From positions 480,001-544,000 of the forward strand of contig CBDHDF010000010.1 in NCBI GenBank assembly GCA_965261545.1: a DNA stretch of 64,000 nucleotides. Reading direction: 5' to 3'. The position numbers were made by a program, and so were the translations under genes. Positions within the stretch are counted from its first letter, which is position 1. The number at the start of each line of letters is the position of its first letter. This DNA comes from Bdellovibrionales bacterium. GTDB lineage: Bacteria > Bdellovibrionota > Bdellovibrionia > Bdellovibrionales > UBA1609. This document shows positions 53,386 to 62,326 of this stretch, piece by piece. The notes beneath the pieces were generated by a model. That model did not search any database, was not told where the DNA came from, and saw nothing but the letters and a program-made list of their open reading frames with translations.

Positions 53386-53561
53386 GTCTCTTAAAACACA
53401 TGGCTTGTCGTGGATATCAAATGTCAATCTGCGTCCATTTCTCAAAATACCATCTATAAATATTTATAAATCGCCCACTTCCCTCTATGTAAAAAAGGAG
53501 GCTTGAAAAGTATTTCCATTAATTCGGAATTAAAATTAGAAAAAAACCACGAACACCTATG

Positions 53562-54057
53562 CATAAAGGTTCATTTAAACGATTAGTACGTCCTCTATTC
53601 CTTAACATTTACGATGACCCAAATTGAAGATTGTAGGAAGGAGCATTTTCCAACCGGTCTTGAATTAAGAGTGTCCAAATAGACGAATCATAGGAATATG
53701 TTGTTTTAGAGATGTAAATAAAAAGCCATTAACCATGAAGAAGAAGTGCTAGAAAGAACTTGGTGAGAGATTTCGGAAGGACGGGTGACCGTATGCAGCA
53801 AAAGATGGTAATTTTTTGCAACATGGATAGGTATATTTTCTTGACATACTTTTTCATAGACAGCAAAAGATGGTAATTTTTTGCAACATGGATAGGTATA
53901 TTTTCTTGACATACTTTTTCATAGACAGCAAAAGATGGTAATTTTTTGCAACATGGATAGGTATATTTTCTTGACATACTTTTTCATAGACAGCAAAAGA
54001 TGGTAATTTTTTGCAACATGGATAGGTATATTTTCTTGACATACTTTTTCATAGACG
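53562..54057 (+). mobile_element. IS110 copy R right end, with the 3' part of the split bridge RNA
   Basis: Reverse complement of 25961-26261 plus three extra 65-bp units; CG core at 54056-54057. Confidence 0.9.
53796..54055. repeat. Exact 65-bp tandem repeat, 4 copies
   Basis: cagcaaaagatggtaattttttgcaacatggataggtatattttcttgacatactttttcataga x4. Confidence 0.97.
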
Positions 54058-54077
54058 AATGGCATTGAAGTACGACA

Positions 54078-54868
54078 GTCGTGCCGAGAATATCCGACAA
54101 GCTTTAAAGAATCGAGGATGGACGATCAATGATGGTGGATTTTCTTTCTTCGTCTCTGTTTGGAGAACTTCTACCAACAATGAATCCATCACCCTCCCTT
54201 TACCACTAGGGTATAATTATAATTTCCAGGTGAATTGGGGCGATGGTTCTTCCAGCGAAGTCACAGCCCACGATGACAGCGACATCACCCATACCTACGC
54301 AGAGGCTGGAGATTACACCATGACTATTTCTGAAACCCTTGAAGCTTGGAATTTCAAAAACTATGCCATTGAACATAGGTCTAAACTCATTTTTGTGAAA
54401 GATCTCGGCGACGTGGATTGGAAAGATTTGCAAGAAGCCTTTTATTACTGTCGCAATTTGGAAAGCCTAAGGGGAGGAAATGTCTCTGGTGTTATAAGTA
54501 TGAGATCTATGTTTCACACCTCGTTTCAGGGTTCAGTCCTTCATCCCGATGTGAGCCGTTGGGATACTTCCAAGGTCACAGATATGAAAAGTATGTTTGA
54601 ACAAGCTCTGTCAGCTCAACCCAATATGTCCCAATGGGATTTTCGCAATGTTAAGATCATGAGACGCATGCTTAGAAACATCATTCTGCCCACGGAGGTG
54701 TATAGCCGCATGATCAAGCAAATTCACAGCACTTCACAAAAAAATAACATTTCGTTTCATGGGGGAAATTCAAAATACAATAACAGTGCCATTGATGCAC
54801 GAGCGGCTCTCATAGCTCGAAAATGGACCATTGTTGATGGTGGTCTCGATGGAGGAGTCGGGGAATAG
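54078..54868 (+). pseudogene. 3' part of the split BspA/DUF285-like gene
   Basis: VNWGDGS PKD-like segment, WDTSKVTDMKSMF repeat, WTIVDGG. Confidence 0.85.
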
Positions 54869-55139
54869 GAAGGATAATCTGACCTCATCTTTTAAATTCA
54901 CTCCACCGTAGAACAAGCAACACGAACTGAACCAACTCCTTTGATGAGGTTGACCCACTTAAGGTGCTCATATGCTTGTTCTGGGTTCTTTTGAGCCACA
55001 ACCCTTTCATTTTACTCTGCTATGATTCTTGTATTTAAAGTTTAGCATATGATCCTCCGAAGATAAAGAGAAATAAGAAATAAGAAATTAAATTAAATAC
55101 TATTTATCTTTATCTACAAAGACCATTCGGAGATACAAT

Positions 55140-56597
55140 ATGATATATTTCATGAAAGAAAGAATTGTCAGAAAGTATCTTGCTTTATTATTTTATATTT
55201 TTGTTTTCACTCTTGTGGGCTGTAAAGATACTACTAAAAAACCGATACAGATGATAAGCATCAATGGTCAAGAATCGAATCAAAAAAATAAGGATATAGA
55301 AGAAGATATAATAGAAGAAAGTGTAGTGGCAGAAAGTAGAGCATCAAAAGGTATAGAAGACGAAAATGAATTGAAATTTGACAGTTTTGAGTCTCTCACA
55401 TTAGAAAACGTAGATTCTTACCCTATAAGAGGGAGATGCCTTTCAAGTTTAGGTTCAGTGAGCATTGCCACAGGGCAGTCTGCTGTGGAGCATGTTTTAG
55501 ATTGTGAAGAAAATAATACTTTTTCAGGAATTTTTGATATGAGAGAAATAACTTCAGATCATTCTTTAATAACAGCAACTCAAGGCTCTAAAACTATCAC
55601 AAATTCATCTATAGAAAATGAGGTTCAATACTTTGTAAGTGAATGGAAATTTGATGGAGAAAACTATCTCTTCGTTTTTCCTATTAAAGAGAATTTAAAA
55701 TATAATTTTATTATTGATTGGGGGGACGGTAGTTCTCAAAATGAAGTGACATCTTTCGATGACCCGGATAAGAGTCATACCTATACTAAACCTGGAAATT
55801 ATATCATTACCGTTATGGGGCTTTGTGAGGGTTTTGAGAATGCCCGAGGTAATAGGGTCGGACCTGATGCTGATCACCTTGTAAAAGTTTTGAATCTAGG
55901 CCATGTGGGTTGGAAGGATTTATCCTACGCCTTTTCACAAAACCAGTATCTCACAGATTTTTTTGGAGGAAACACCTCTCAGGTGACTAATATGTCTTAT
56001 ATGTTTTATGGAGCCTACGAAGTCACTCCCAATGTGAATGGATGGGATACGTCTCAAGTGACAGATATGTCTTATATGTTTAACAGTGCTTTACTCGCCA
56101 ACTTAGATGTGAGTGATTGGGATACGTCTCAAGTGACAAATATGTCTTATATGTTTTCCAATGCCGATCGAGCCACTCCAGATGTGAGTGATTGGAATAC
56201 GTCCCAAGTGACAGATATGTCTTCTATGTTTAGCGTTGCGACTATAATCAATCCCGACGTGAGTGACTGGGATACGTCTCAAGTAACAAATATGTCTCGT
56301 ATGTTTTATCATTCTCGATCTGCAAATCCTTATACAGCCACATGGGATTTAAGTCGTATCCAAAGTATCGAAAGTATTTTTGATCGATCAACAAACTTAT
56401 CTCTTGAAAATTATTCAATATTTCTTAGGGTGGCTGCTCAGATGATACCTGAAGATGCTTTTGGTCCTAAAAGCATAGGATCTAAAGTTCCCATTAAAGT
56501 GCAGTACAACGTTCAGGCAAAGTCTTCTAGGTCGATCTTGTTGAGTCGAGGTTGGACGATCAATGATGCTGGTTTGATTTCCACAGCTGGTGAGTGA
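55140..56597 (+). CDS. BspA/DUF285 surface lipoprotein
   Basis: Lipobox LVGC; 25-aa WDTSQVTNMSYMF repeats. Confidence 0.88.
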   Translation: MIYFMKERIVRKYLALLFYIFVFTLVGCKDTTKKPIQMISINGQESNQKNKDIEEDIIEESVVAESRASKGIEDENELKFDSFESLTLENVDSYPIRGRCLSSLGSVSIATGQSAVEHVLDCEENNTFSGIFDMREITSDHSLITATQGSKTITNSSIENEVQYFVSEWKFDGENYLFVFPIKENLKYNFIIDWGDGSSQNEVTSFDDPDKSHTYTKPGNYIITVMGLCEGFENARGNRVGPDADHLVKVLNLGHVGWKDLSYAFSQNQYLTDFFGGNTSQVTNMSYMFYGAYEVTPNVNGWDTSQVTDMSYMFNSALLANLDVSDWDTSQVTNMSYMFSNADRATPDVSDWNTSQVTDMSSMFSVATIINPDVSDWDTSQVTNMSRMFYHSRSANPYTATWDLSRIQSIESIFDRSTNLSLENYSIFLRVAAQMIPEDAFGPKSIGSKVPIKVQYNVQAKSSRSILLSRGWTINDAGLISTAGE

Positions 56598-56672
56598 TGA
56601 ATAAAGGGCGAAGGCTTTTTTCTTATTTTGGGAAACGAACTCTGTTCTATAGATAATAGACAACAACTGGCT

Positions 56673-58268
56673 TTACTCTGAATGCAAAGGCCATTGGACA
56701 ATTTTTCGACTACTGCCTCTGCGGGATTTCATAAGATCAATAATCTCATCTTTGGGGCTCTTTAAGCCTAAGCTTTTTGAGTTTAATTCTACGGAGTTGG
56801 GGCTTAATTCCTCGGAGTCGGGGCTTAATTCCTCGGAGTCGGAGCTTAATTCTTTTGAGCTTTTTGCACCTTTGAGTTCCTTTGCCATGGCCCTGTGGAG
56901 AAGGGCTTTAAGCTCATTTCCTGTGTTAAAAACATTTACAACATTAAGTTGGGATACCCTCATGCTTCTCAATTTTTGTGCTTTGAATTCCATCGCTTCT
57001 GCGTTATTCATATGCTTCGGACCAACAAATCCAATACAGCCAGCCGCCAAGGGCTCCATAACACTGTGAACCTTTCGGTGAAAGGACCCTCCCACAAAGG
57101 CAAAATCAGCCCAAGGATAAATCTCTGCAAGAAGCCCCATCTGGTCCACAAGAAGAACTTCGCCCTTCTTCCAATATTTCCACTGGCTCAGGGGGCGAAA
57201 GTCCAATTTATGGTGAGACATCATCTTCTCAAAGTTCAATAGGTGTTGGCGGGTGGGCTCATGTGGGGCCACTATAAGGTGGAGTTTTCCGTTTTGAACT
57301 AGGGTGGCGGCCCCCTCTAGCAACTTAACTTCATCAACTGGCCAGGTGGAGCCTGCAACCAAGGTAGGGGTGGGGGCGGTGGTGGCCAACCCCTTTGGAC
57401 TCTGGAGAGAAGATCTGGGGTTTTCCAGGCGATAAAAAACTTGGTCGTACCTCGTGTCTCCACAAACCTTAAGCTTCTCTTCAGAAACTCCCATAGACTT
57501 AAAGTTTTTAAAGTCCACAGAGTTAATCACACCTATGAGATTTAAGTGTCCCCAGATCCATCGATAATAAAATCCAAACACTTTATGGAGTGGTCTAAGC
57601 TGCTGAAAACTCGCAGAAAAAAGATAACAGGGAAGTCCCATGCGACGACATTGGTGGAGTAGTTCCGGCCACAAATCCGTGCGCGCAATAAAAAGGGCCC
57701 GAGGTCGATAGTGGCGAAGAAAAGAATGACATGGTCCAGGCAAATCTAGGGGCAGGGGGACGGAGAGATCCACAAGGGGATCAGTCTCGATGGGCTTGCG
57801 ATAGCTTGGAGAAAAATAGGTCACAAGGATAGGGCAGTGAGGTTGACTTGCTTTCCATTGTCGTATCAGGGGCTTGGCATATTCAAACTCCCCTGATGCA
57901 CAATGAATCCATATAGGGGCTTTCTCGCCCTCCTCTCCACCGGCGATAATCTCTCTTTCTGTTTCACCTTCTCTTTCACAGGTGATCTCTCTTTCTGTTT
58001 CACCTTCTGTCTCTATTTGTGGTAGGGGCTTCAAAGAAGGGTTTTTTCCCCTGCGAGGCCAGCGCATTTGAAATCCCTCACGGACTTTCTTATTCCATGG
58101 AAAAATCACAAATAGGAGGAAACAAAGGGCCGTGGGAACCACAAACCACCTATAAATGAAGAGAAGCCCTTTTTCCTTTCGAGATAATGGGGCGAATAAG
58201 GATGATGAAGATAATGGTGGTGGTGGCGACATAATTTCTTTTATTGGCTCGGTGTGATTCTTCATCAA
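56673..58268 (-). CDS. waaA: 3-deoxy-D-manno-octulosonate (Kdo) transferase
   Basis: WIHCASGEF, GDTRYD, AGSTWP, FVGGSF, HSVMEP. Confidence 0.9.
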   Translation of the reverse strand: MMKNHTEPIKEIMSPPPPLSSSSLFAPLSRKEKGLLFIYRWFVVPTALCFLLFVIFPWNKKVREGFQMRWPRRGKNPSLKPLPQIETEGETEREITCEREGETEREIIAGGEEGEKAPIWIHCASGEFEYAKPLIRQWKASQPHCPILVTYFSPSYRKPIETDPLVDLSVPLPLDLPGPCHSFLRHYRPRALFIARTDLWPELLHQCRRMGLPCYLFSASFQQLRPLHKVFGFYYRWIWGHLNLIGVINSVDFKNFKSMGVSEEKLKVCGDTRYDQVFYRLENPRSSLQSPKGLATTAPTPTLVAGSTWPVDEVKLLEGAATLVQNGKLHLIVAPHEPTRQHLLNFEKMMSHHKLDFRPLSQWKYWKKGEVLLVDQMGLLAEIYPWADFAFVGGSFHRKVHSVMEPLAAGCIGFVGPKHMNNAEAMEFKAQKLRSMRVSQLNVVNVFNTGNELKALLHRAMAKELKGAKSSKELSSDSEELSPDSEELSPNSVELNSKSLGLKSPKDEIIDLMKSRRGSSRKIVQWPLHSE

Positions 58269-58282
58269 TGTGAGGTGGTGGT

Positions 58283-59095
58283 TTAAGGAATTAATTTATC
58301 TAAGGAATTAGGAGAAAGCCCCCAACCTTGAACAATTTCTCTTTCGTTTTGGGCTGAGGCTGATTTTTTAAATTTAGCACCTGGACGTCCTTTGACCACT
58401 GCTTCACACTCCTTCCAAGTTTTGTGTCGTTGCAGTTTTCCATTGACATAACTTAAGTAAGAGTGGGTTGCAGATTTGGGGGAGCTAGATTTCATAGGAG
58501 GTAGTGACATATCTTCGGGCAAATCGTGAATGGCGAAGGGGTAGTGGAGAAGGGGGCCTGAGTAAAGTTGGGGCTTTTTTTTCTTTGTAAACTCAACGGC
58601 AATTTCATCACATCGCTCGTTGCCTGGAACTCCTATGTGACCACGTACATACTTCCACTCCATAAAAAAGTGGATTTTTTGCCTGGTATCCACCGCATGG
58701 TGAAGCCTTTCCCACAGATCTTTATTGATCACGGGGGTGCCTCCGGCGGTTTTCCAACTCCGTTTTTTCCAGGCCCATATCCATTGGGTGATACCACGAA
58801 TGACATAGGTGGAGTCTGTCATCACCCACAACTTTTCAGGCGTTGAGTTTCTGGGAGATAAATTTCTAGAAGTCGAGTTTTTGGGGGTCAAATTTTGAGG
58901 GGTCGAAGCAAGGCTCTCTAAGGCGCGAATCACAGCTGTCATTTCCATTCGATTGTTGGTTGTTGAGGAATCCCCCCCTCCCAACTCTTGAATATGTCCA
59001 TGCGGATAGGCAATAATAGCACCAAAGCCCCCAGGCCCTGGGTTTCCAGAGCAAGCTCCATCTGTAAAAATCAATATGGTGTTTTGTAAATCCAT
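58283..59095 (-). CDS. rnhA: Ribonuclease HI with C-terminal viroplasmin-like hybrid-binding domain
   Basis: FTDGACSGNPGPGG, TTNNRME, TDSTYV, GHIGVPGNERCD; TWKECEAVVKG. Confidence 0.93.
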   Translation of the reverse strand: MDLQNTILIFTDGACSGNPGPGGFGAIIAYPHGHIQELGGGDSSTTNNRMEMTAVIRALESLASTPQNLTPKNSTSRNLSPRNSTPEKLWVMTDSTYVIRGITQWIWAWKKRSWKTAGGTPVINKDLWERLHHAVDTRQKIHFFMEWKYVRGHIGVPGNERCDEIAVEFTKKKKPQLYSGPLLHYPFAIHDLPEDMSLPPMKSSSPKSATHSYLSYVNGKLQRHKTWKECEAVVKGRPGAKFKKSASAQNEREIVQGWGLSPNSLDKLIP

Positions 59096-59100
59096 AGGGA

Positions 59101-59745
59101 TTAAAAATGAGTTCCTATATGCGCTTTAAAATAAATTCCCTCGTATTTCTGAATGGGGCCCAGACCCTCATCTTTCATATAAAAACGTCCTGTTTCTACA
59201 CCCACTAAGAAGCCGAAGAGTTTACCGCCTCCCTCAATCCCCATGGAGTAGGAAGGACCCACGCTATCTCCAAACTCCTGCACAGAGCCCGTCTTGGGAT
59301 CCACTCGTGTTTCTCCCCAATGGGCAAAACCCCAAGTTCCAATGGCACCTACAAAAAAGCCAAGCTCAATGGGTCTCCAACTGGCAATAGCAGCGAGTCT
59401 TTGAAAATTGACACTCACCTCATCGTAAAAATTATTTCGCTCCGAAGCTCCGAGCAACTCATATCGTAGGCCAAAGGCAAAGGGAAAGAGGGGGGGGGAA
59501 ATAATGGCATCTGCTCCCAAGCTTGTAAGTGCTCCAATTTGTGGAGCCTTTTTGGTGATGGGATCGGGATCCACCGGGATTCCTCCATAATGCAGGCGCC
59601 CCTCTAAAAGAGCTTGAGCTTGCTCCTGGGGAGCAATGCAAGCGAAGAAAAAGAAAACAAATAAAGAGAAAATAGGGAAAATAAATCTCAACATACACAC
59701 CTCGCTTTTGTCAGAATAATAATTATGATAGCCAGTAAATACCAA
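59101..59745 (-). CDS. Putative outer-membrane beta-barrel protein (start probably MLRFI)
   Basis: Signal peptide, amphipathic strands, C-terminal Phe. Confidence 0.6.
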   Translation of the reverse strand: MVFTGYHNYYSDKSEVCMLRFIFPIFSLFVFFFFACIAPQEQAQALLEGRLHYGGIPVDPDPITKKAPQIGALTSLGADAIISPPLFPFAFGLRYELLGASERNNFYDEVSVNFQRLAAIASWRPIELGFFVGAIGTWGFAHWGETRVDPKTGSVQEFGDSVGPSYSMGIEGGGKLFGFLVGVETGRFYMKDEGLGPIQKYEGIYFKAHIGTHF

Positions 59746-59955
59746 TAATGCTAGTCATAAGGTGACAGCACAAATCATCACAATGCAAGCCGCCCCAAGA
59801 TCGATGCGATGCGTCTAATGCCCATTAGGGGAGGCTTTTTTTCTTTATTCGTAGGCCCCGCTCCTCTTCTCACCAACCTTGTTATCATGCCAGCCCTTGA
59901 TCCATTTTGGTGTTATTTGTGTTTACGTAATCCAATTTCTTTATCTTAACTCACT

Positions 59956-61218
59956 TTGCTTTCTTTGTTCAATATGACCTTGCCCTTCCATATGTATATG
60001 TTACTTTTAGCTATGCATATTGATTACCGACCCATGGGGCAATGGGAAAAACTTTGTCATCAATGGAGTCAACAACTTCACTTTCCAAGTGGCTCTGTGC
60101 AAGTTTACCAAGGACTCCCCCATGGCCTCATGGAAGTGGGTTTTGGTTTGACCAGGCTATTTCCCCACAGGAAGCGAATTCACTTTATCAAGGGGCTTAG
60201 CTCTCATTTTTCCCAATTGATAACGACTTTAGCTGTGGATGGCTATGATGTGGTGGAATGGACTCTCGAAGACCTCCAAGGCATGATTTCTTCCACAGAG
60301 TGGGAACAGAAGTTGGACAGCAAAGACCTCTTTGTTTTGTACTCTATGGATGACCCCCTTTTAGGGCGCCTTTTTCCCGTTCAAGCACTGGAAAAAATAG
60401 CACGAGATAAAAAAATCTTTCAAATATGCATCTCCCACAGTTGGCATCACTATGTCTCCAGAGAAATGATCTTGCAAGGCCAAAACAGTTACAAAATCAG
60501 TTTGTACTCCATGGACTTTAAGTGTTGCTTGGCTCACCTTGGAGAAAGGTCTCAAATCGAAGCTTTGACTTCAAGCTCTTTGAATTGGGAGGAGTGGCTC
60601 CATAGAGACATAGGTCTAGAGTGGAACCACATGACTCAAGCCACCCAGGTCCTATCACCCCCTAAGGTCAATGAAAATAAGAACCGGGAACTCATTTTGC
60701 AATTTGAATCCACCATCAGAAACAATGACCAAGATTTTTCAATAGCCCCAAGGGATCCAAATAACTCAAATCCTTCAAATACTCCAAGGGATTCAAGCAC
60801 CTCAAGTATTCCACATGTTCCAAATGACTCAAATCCTCCTGAAATGATAGCTCCTCTTCATGGGGCTCCAAGGCTGTTTGACCGTGCTGTTTTATGTTGG
60901 GAGGATATGGATGGGCTTACTCTCATCGACTGTATCGCCAAAGAAATGAATCTAGAGCTTGCCCCTCCTGGAGAGGATAAGAATTTTGAAACCACAAGCC
61001 TATCTCGTTGGCACTGTGAAAAATCCATGGGCTGGCTTCAAGACATGGGCATTTCTCCAAATCAAGCTAGGGGTTTGGTTATTTTTTCCCACTCCATAAT
61101 CAATGATCGCTTCATCGACATCCTTCTATGGGCTCGCAAGGCTGTTCTTCATCGACAATTAGGCTCCCCACCAACAACAACATCGTCAAAGCCCAACCCA
61201 ACCCTCCCTCAAAACTGA
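59956..61218 (+). CDS. Hypothetical protein
   Basis: Long ORF heading an apparent operon; no motif recognised with confidence. Confidence 0.55.
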   Translation: MLSLFNMTLPFHMYMLLLAMHIDYRPMGQWEKLCHQWSQQLHFPSGSVQVYQGLPHGLMEVGFGLTRLFPHRKRIHFIKGLSSHFSQLITTLAVDGYDVVEWTLEDLQGMISSTEWEQKLDSKDLFVLYSMDDPLLGRLFPVQALEKIARDKKIFQICISHSWHHYVSREMILQGQNSYKISLYSMDFKCCLAHLGERSQIEALTSSSLNWEEWLHRDIGLEWNHMTQATQVLSPPKVNENKNRELILQFESTIRNNDQDFSIAPRDPNNSNPSNTPRDSSTSSIPHVPNDSNPPEMIAPLHGAPRLFDRAVLCWEDMDGLTLIDCIAKEMNLELAPPGEDKNFETTSLSRWHCEKSMGWLQDMGISPNQARGLVIFSHSIINDRFIDILLWARKAVLHRQLGSPPTTTSSKPNPTLPQN

Positions 61219-61228
61219 AGGCGAAAAA

Positions 61229-62326
61229 GTGAAATTCAAACCCTCCTCTAAAGCCCAGCCTTCTCTTAAAGCCCAGCCATCCTCTAAAACACAACCCTCT
61301 CTTAAAACTCAGCCCCCTCTGAAAAGACCACGCCTCCTTAAAAACTCGTCATCTCTCCAAAGCCGTCTTATCATCTTACTTAAAGTTCTTCTTGCCTGTG
61401 GACTCATTTATTGGCTTGTCACTGGAGGATATTTTGATCTCAAGGCTCTCTCTCATATTCTGTTCAACCCATATTATGCCTTGTTATTTATCGGACTTAT
61501 CGGACTCAATCTTGTGCTCGTGAACCTGCGTTGGTGGGTTTTGTTAAGGTCTCAAGGATTTCAATCGAGGATACCAGAAGTTTTTTCTCTTGGCCTCGTT
61601 GGTATTTTCTTTAACCACGCCGTTCCAGGGTCCATCGGGGGAGACCTTGTTAAAGGTTATTACCTTGTACAAAAGTATCCCCATAGAAAACTCCAAGCTG
61701 GCTTTACTATTGTTGTAGATAGGGCCCTTGGACTCTACACCATGAGTTGCCTCGCCCTGCTCGCTCTTGCCACAAGCACTTCTTTCATCAAAAATAACAC
61801 GATGCTTATGGCCACAGCCCTTGGAGTGTTGTCCCTATTTTCTTTATTCACGGCCTTCGTGTTTCTAAGTTATTCCAAAAGGTTTAAGAAAAAATTATTC
61901 CGCCTTTTTCAGAAGCTTCCGGGACGCATTATTGTACTTGACTTGTACAAAGCCCTATATAGCTATCGAAAAAACAAAAAAGCTTTGTTGTATGCCACAG
62001 GGCTTAGTATCCTAGCTCAAATTACTATGACAGTGTGTTTTTTCTGTGTGGGGTATATCCTTGGAGAAAGTTTGGAAGTTATGACCTATGTTTTTGCCGT
62101 CTCCGTGGGATTGATTATTGTTGCCGTTCCCATTGCACCAGCAGGTATTGGAGTCGGGCAAGTGGCCATGCTCTTTTTATTCCAGGCCCACTCAGGAGTT
62201 TCTTCCCAGGTGGGCCCCGTTGGTCTAAGTATTATCCAACTCACCTTCCTGCTGTGGGGGCTTGTGGGAGCCTATATTTATTTAAAACCCAAGACTCAAG
62301 TGCAAGAAGTAATAGGGAATATATGA
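61229..62326 (+). CDS. Lysylphosphatidylglycerol synthase TM / flippase-like membrane protein (UPF0104)
   Basis: RWWVLL, FFNHAVPGSIGGDLVK, PIAPAGIGV. Confidence 0.85.
   Translation: MKFKPSSKAQPSLKAQPSSKTQPSLKTQPPLKRPRLLKNSSSLQSRLIILLKVLLACGLIYWLVTGGYFDLKALSHILFNPYYALLFIGLIGLNLVLVNLRWWVLLRSQGFQSRIPEVFSLGLVGIFFNHAVPGSIGGDLVKGYYLVQKYPHRKLQAGFTIVVDRALGLYTMSCLALLALATSTSFIKNNTMLMATALGVLSLFSLFTAFVFLSYSKRFKKKLFRLFQKLPGRIIVLDLYKALYSYRKNKKALLYATGLSILAQITMTVCFFCVGYILGESLEVMTYVFAVSVGLIIVAVPIAPAGIGVGQVAMLFLFQAHSGVSSQVGPVGLSIIQLTFLLWGLVGAYIYLKPKTQVQEVIGNI

Larger units (their letters stand above)
51544..53561 (-). mobile_element. IS4-B copy 2 (inverted)
   Basis: Same IRs, length and proteins as 32991-35008. 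Confidence 0.93.
25951..54067. mobile_element. Outermost IS4-family element (IS4-A, ~1.39 kb when empty) expanded to 28.1 kb by nested insertions
   Basis: CAATGCCATTCG at both termini (inverted); 10-bp TSD aagtacgaca at 25941-25950 and 54068-54077; body at 36560-37926. Confidence 0.92.

Noticed and set aside
53796..54055. CRISPR array
   Set aside because: Units are contiguous and identical with no spacers, and no cas genes are present
62035..62322. N-terminal extension of MgtE shown in the ORF track
   Set aside because: Overlaps the upstream gene in another frame; the ATGA-coupled start at 62323 fits better
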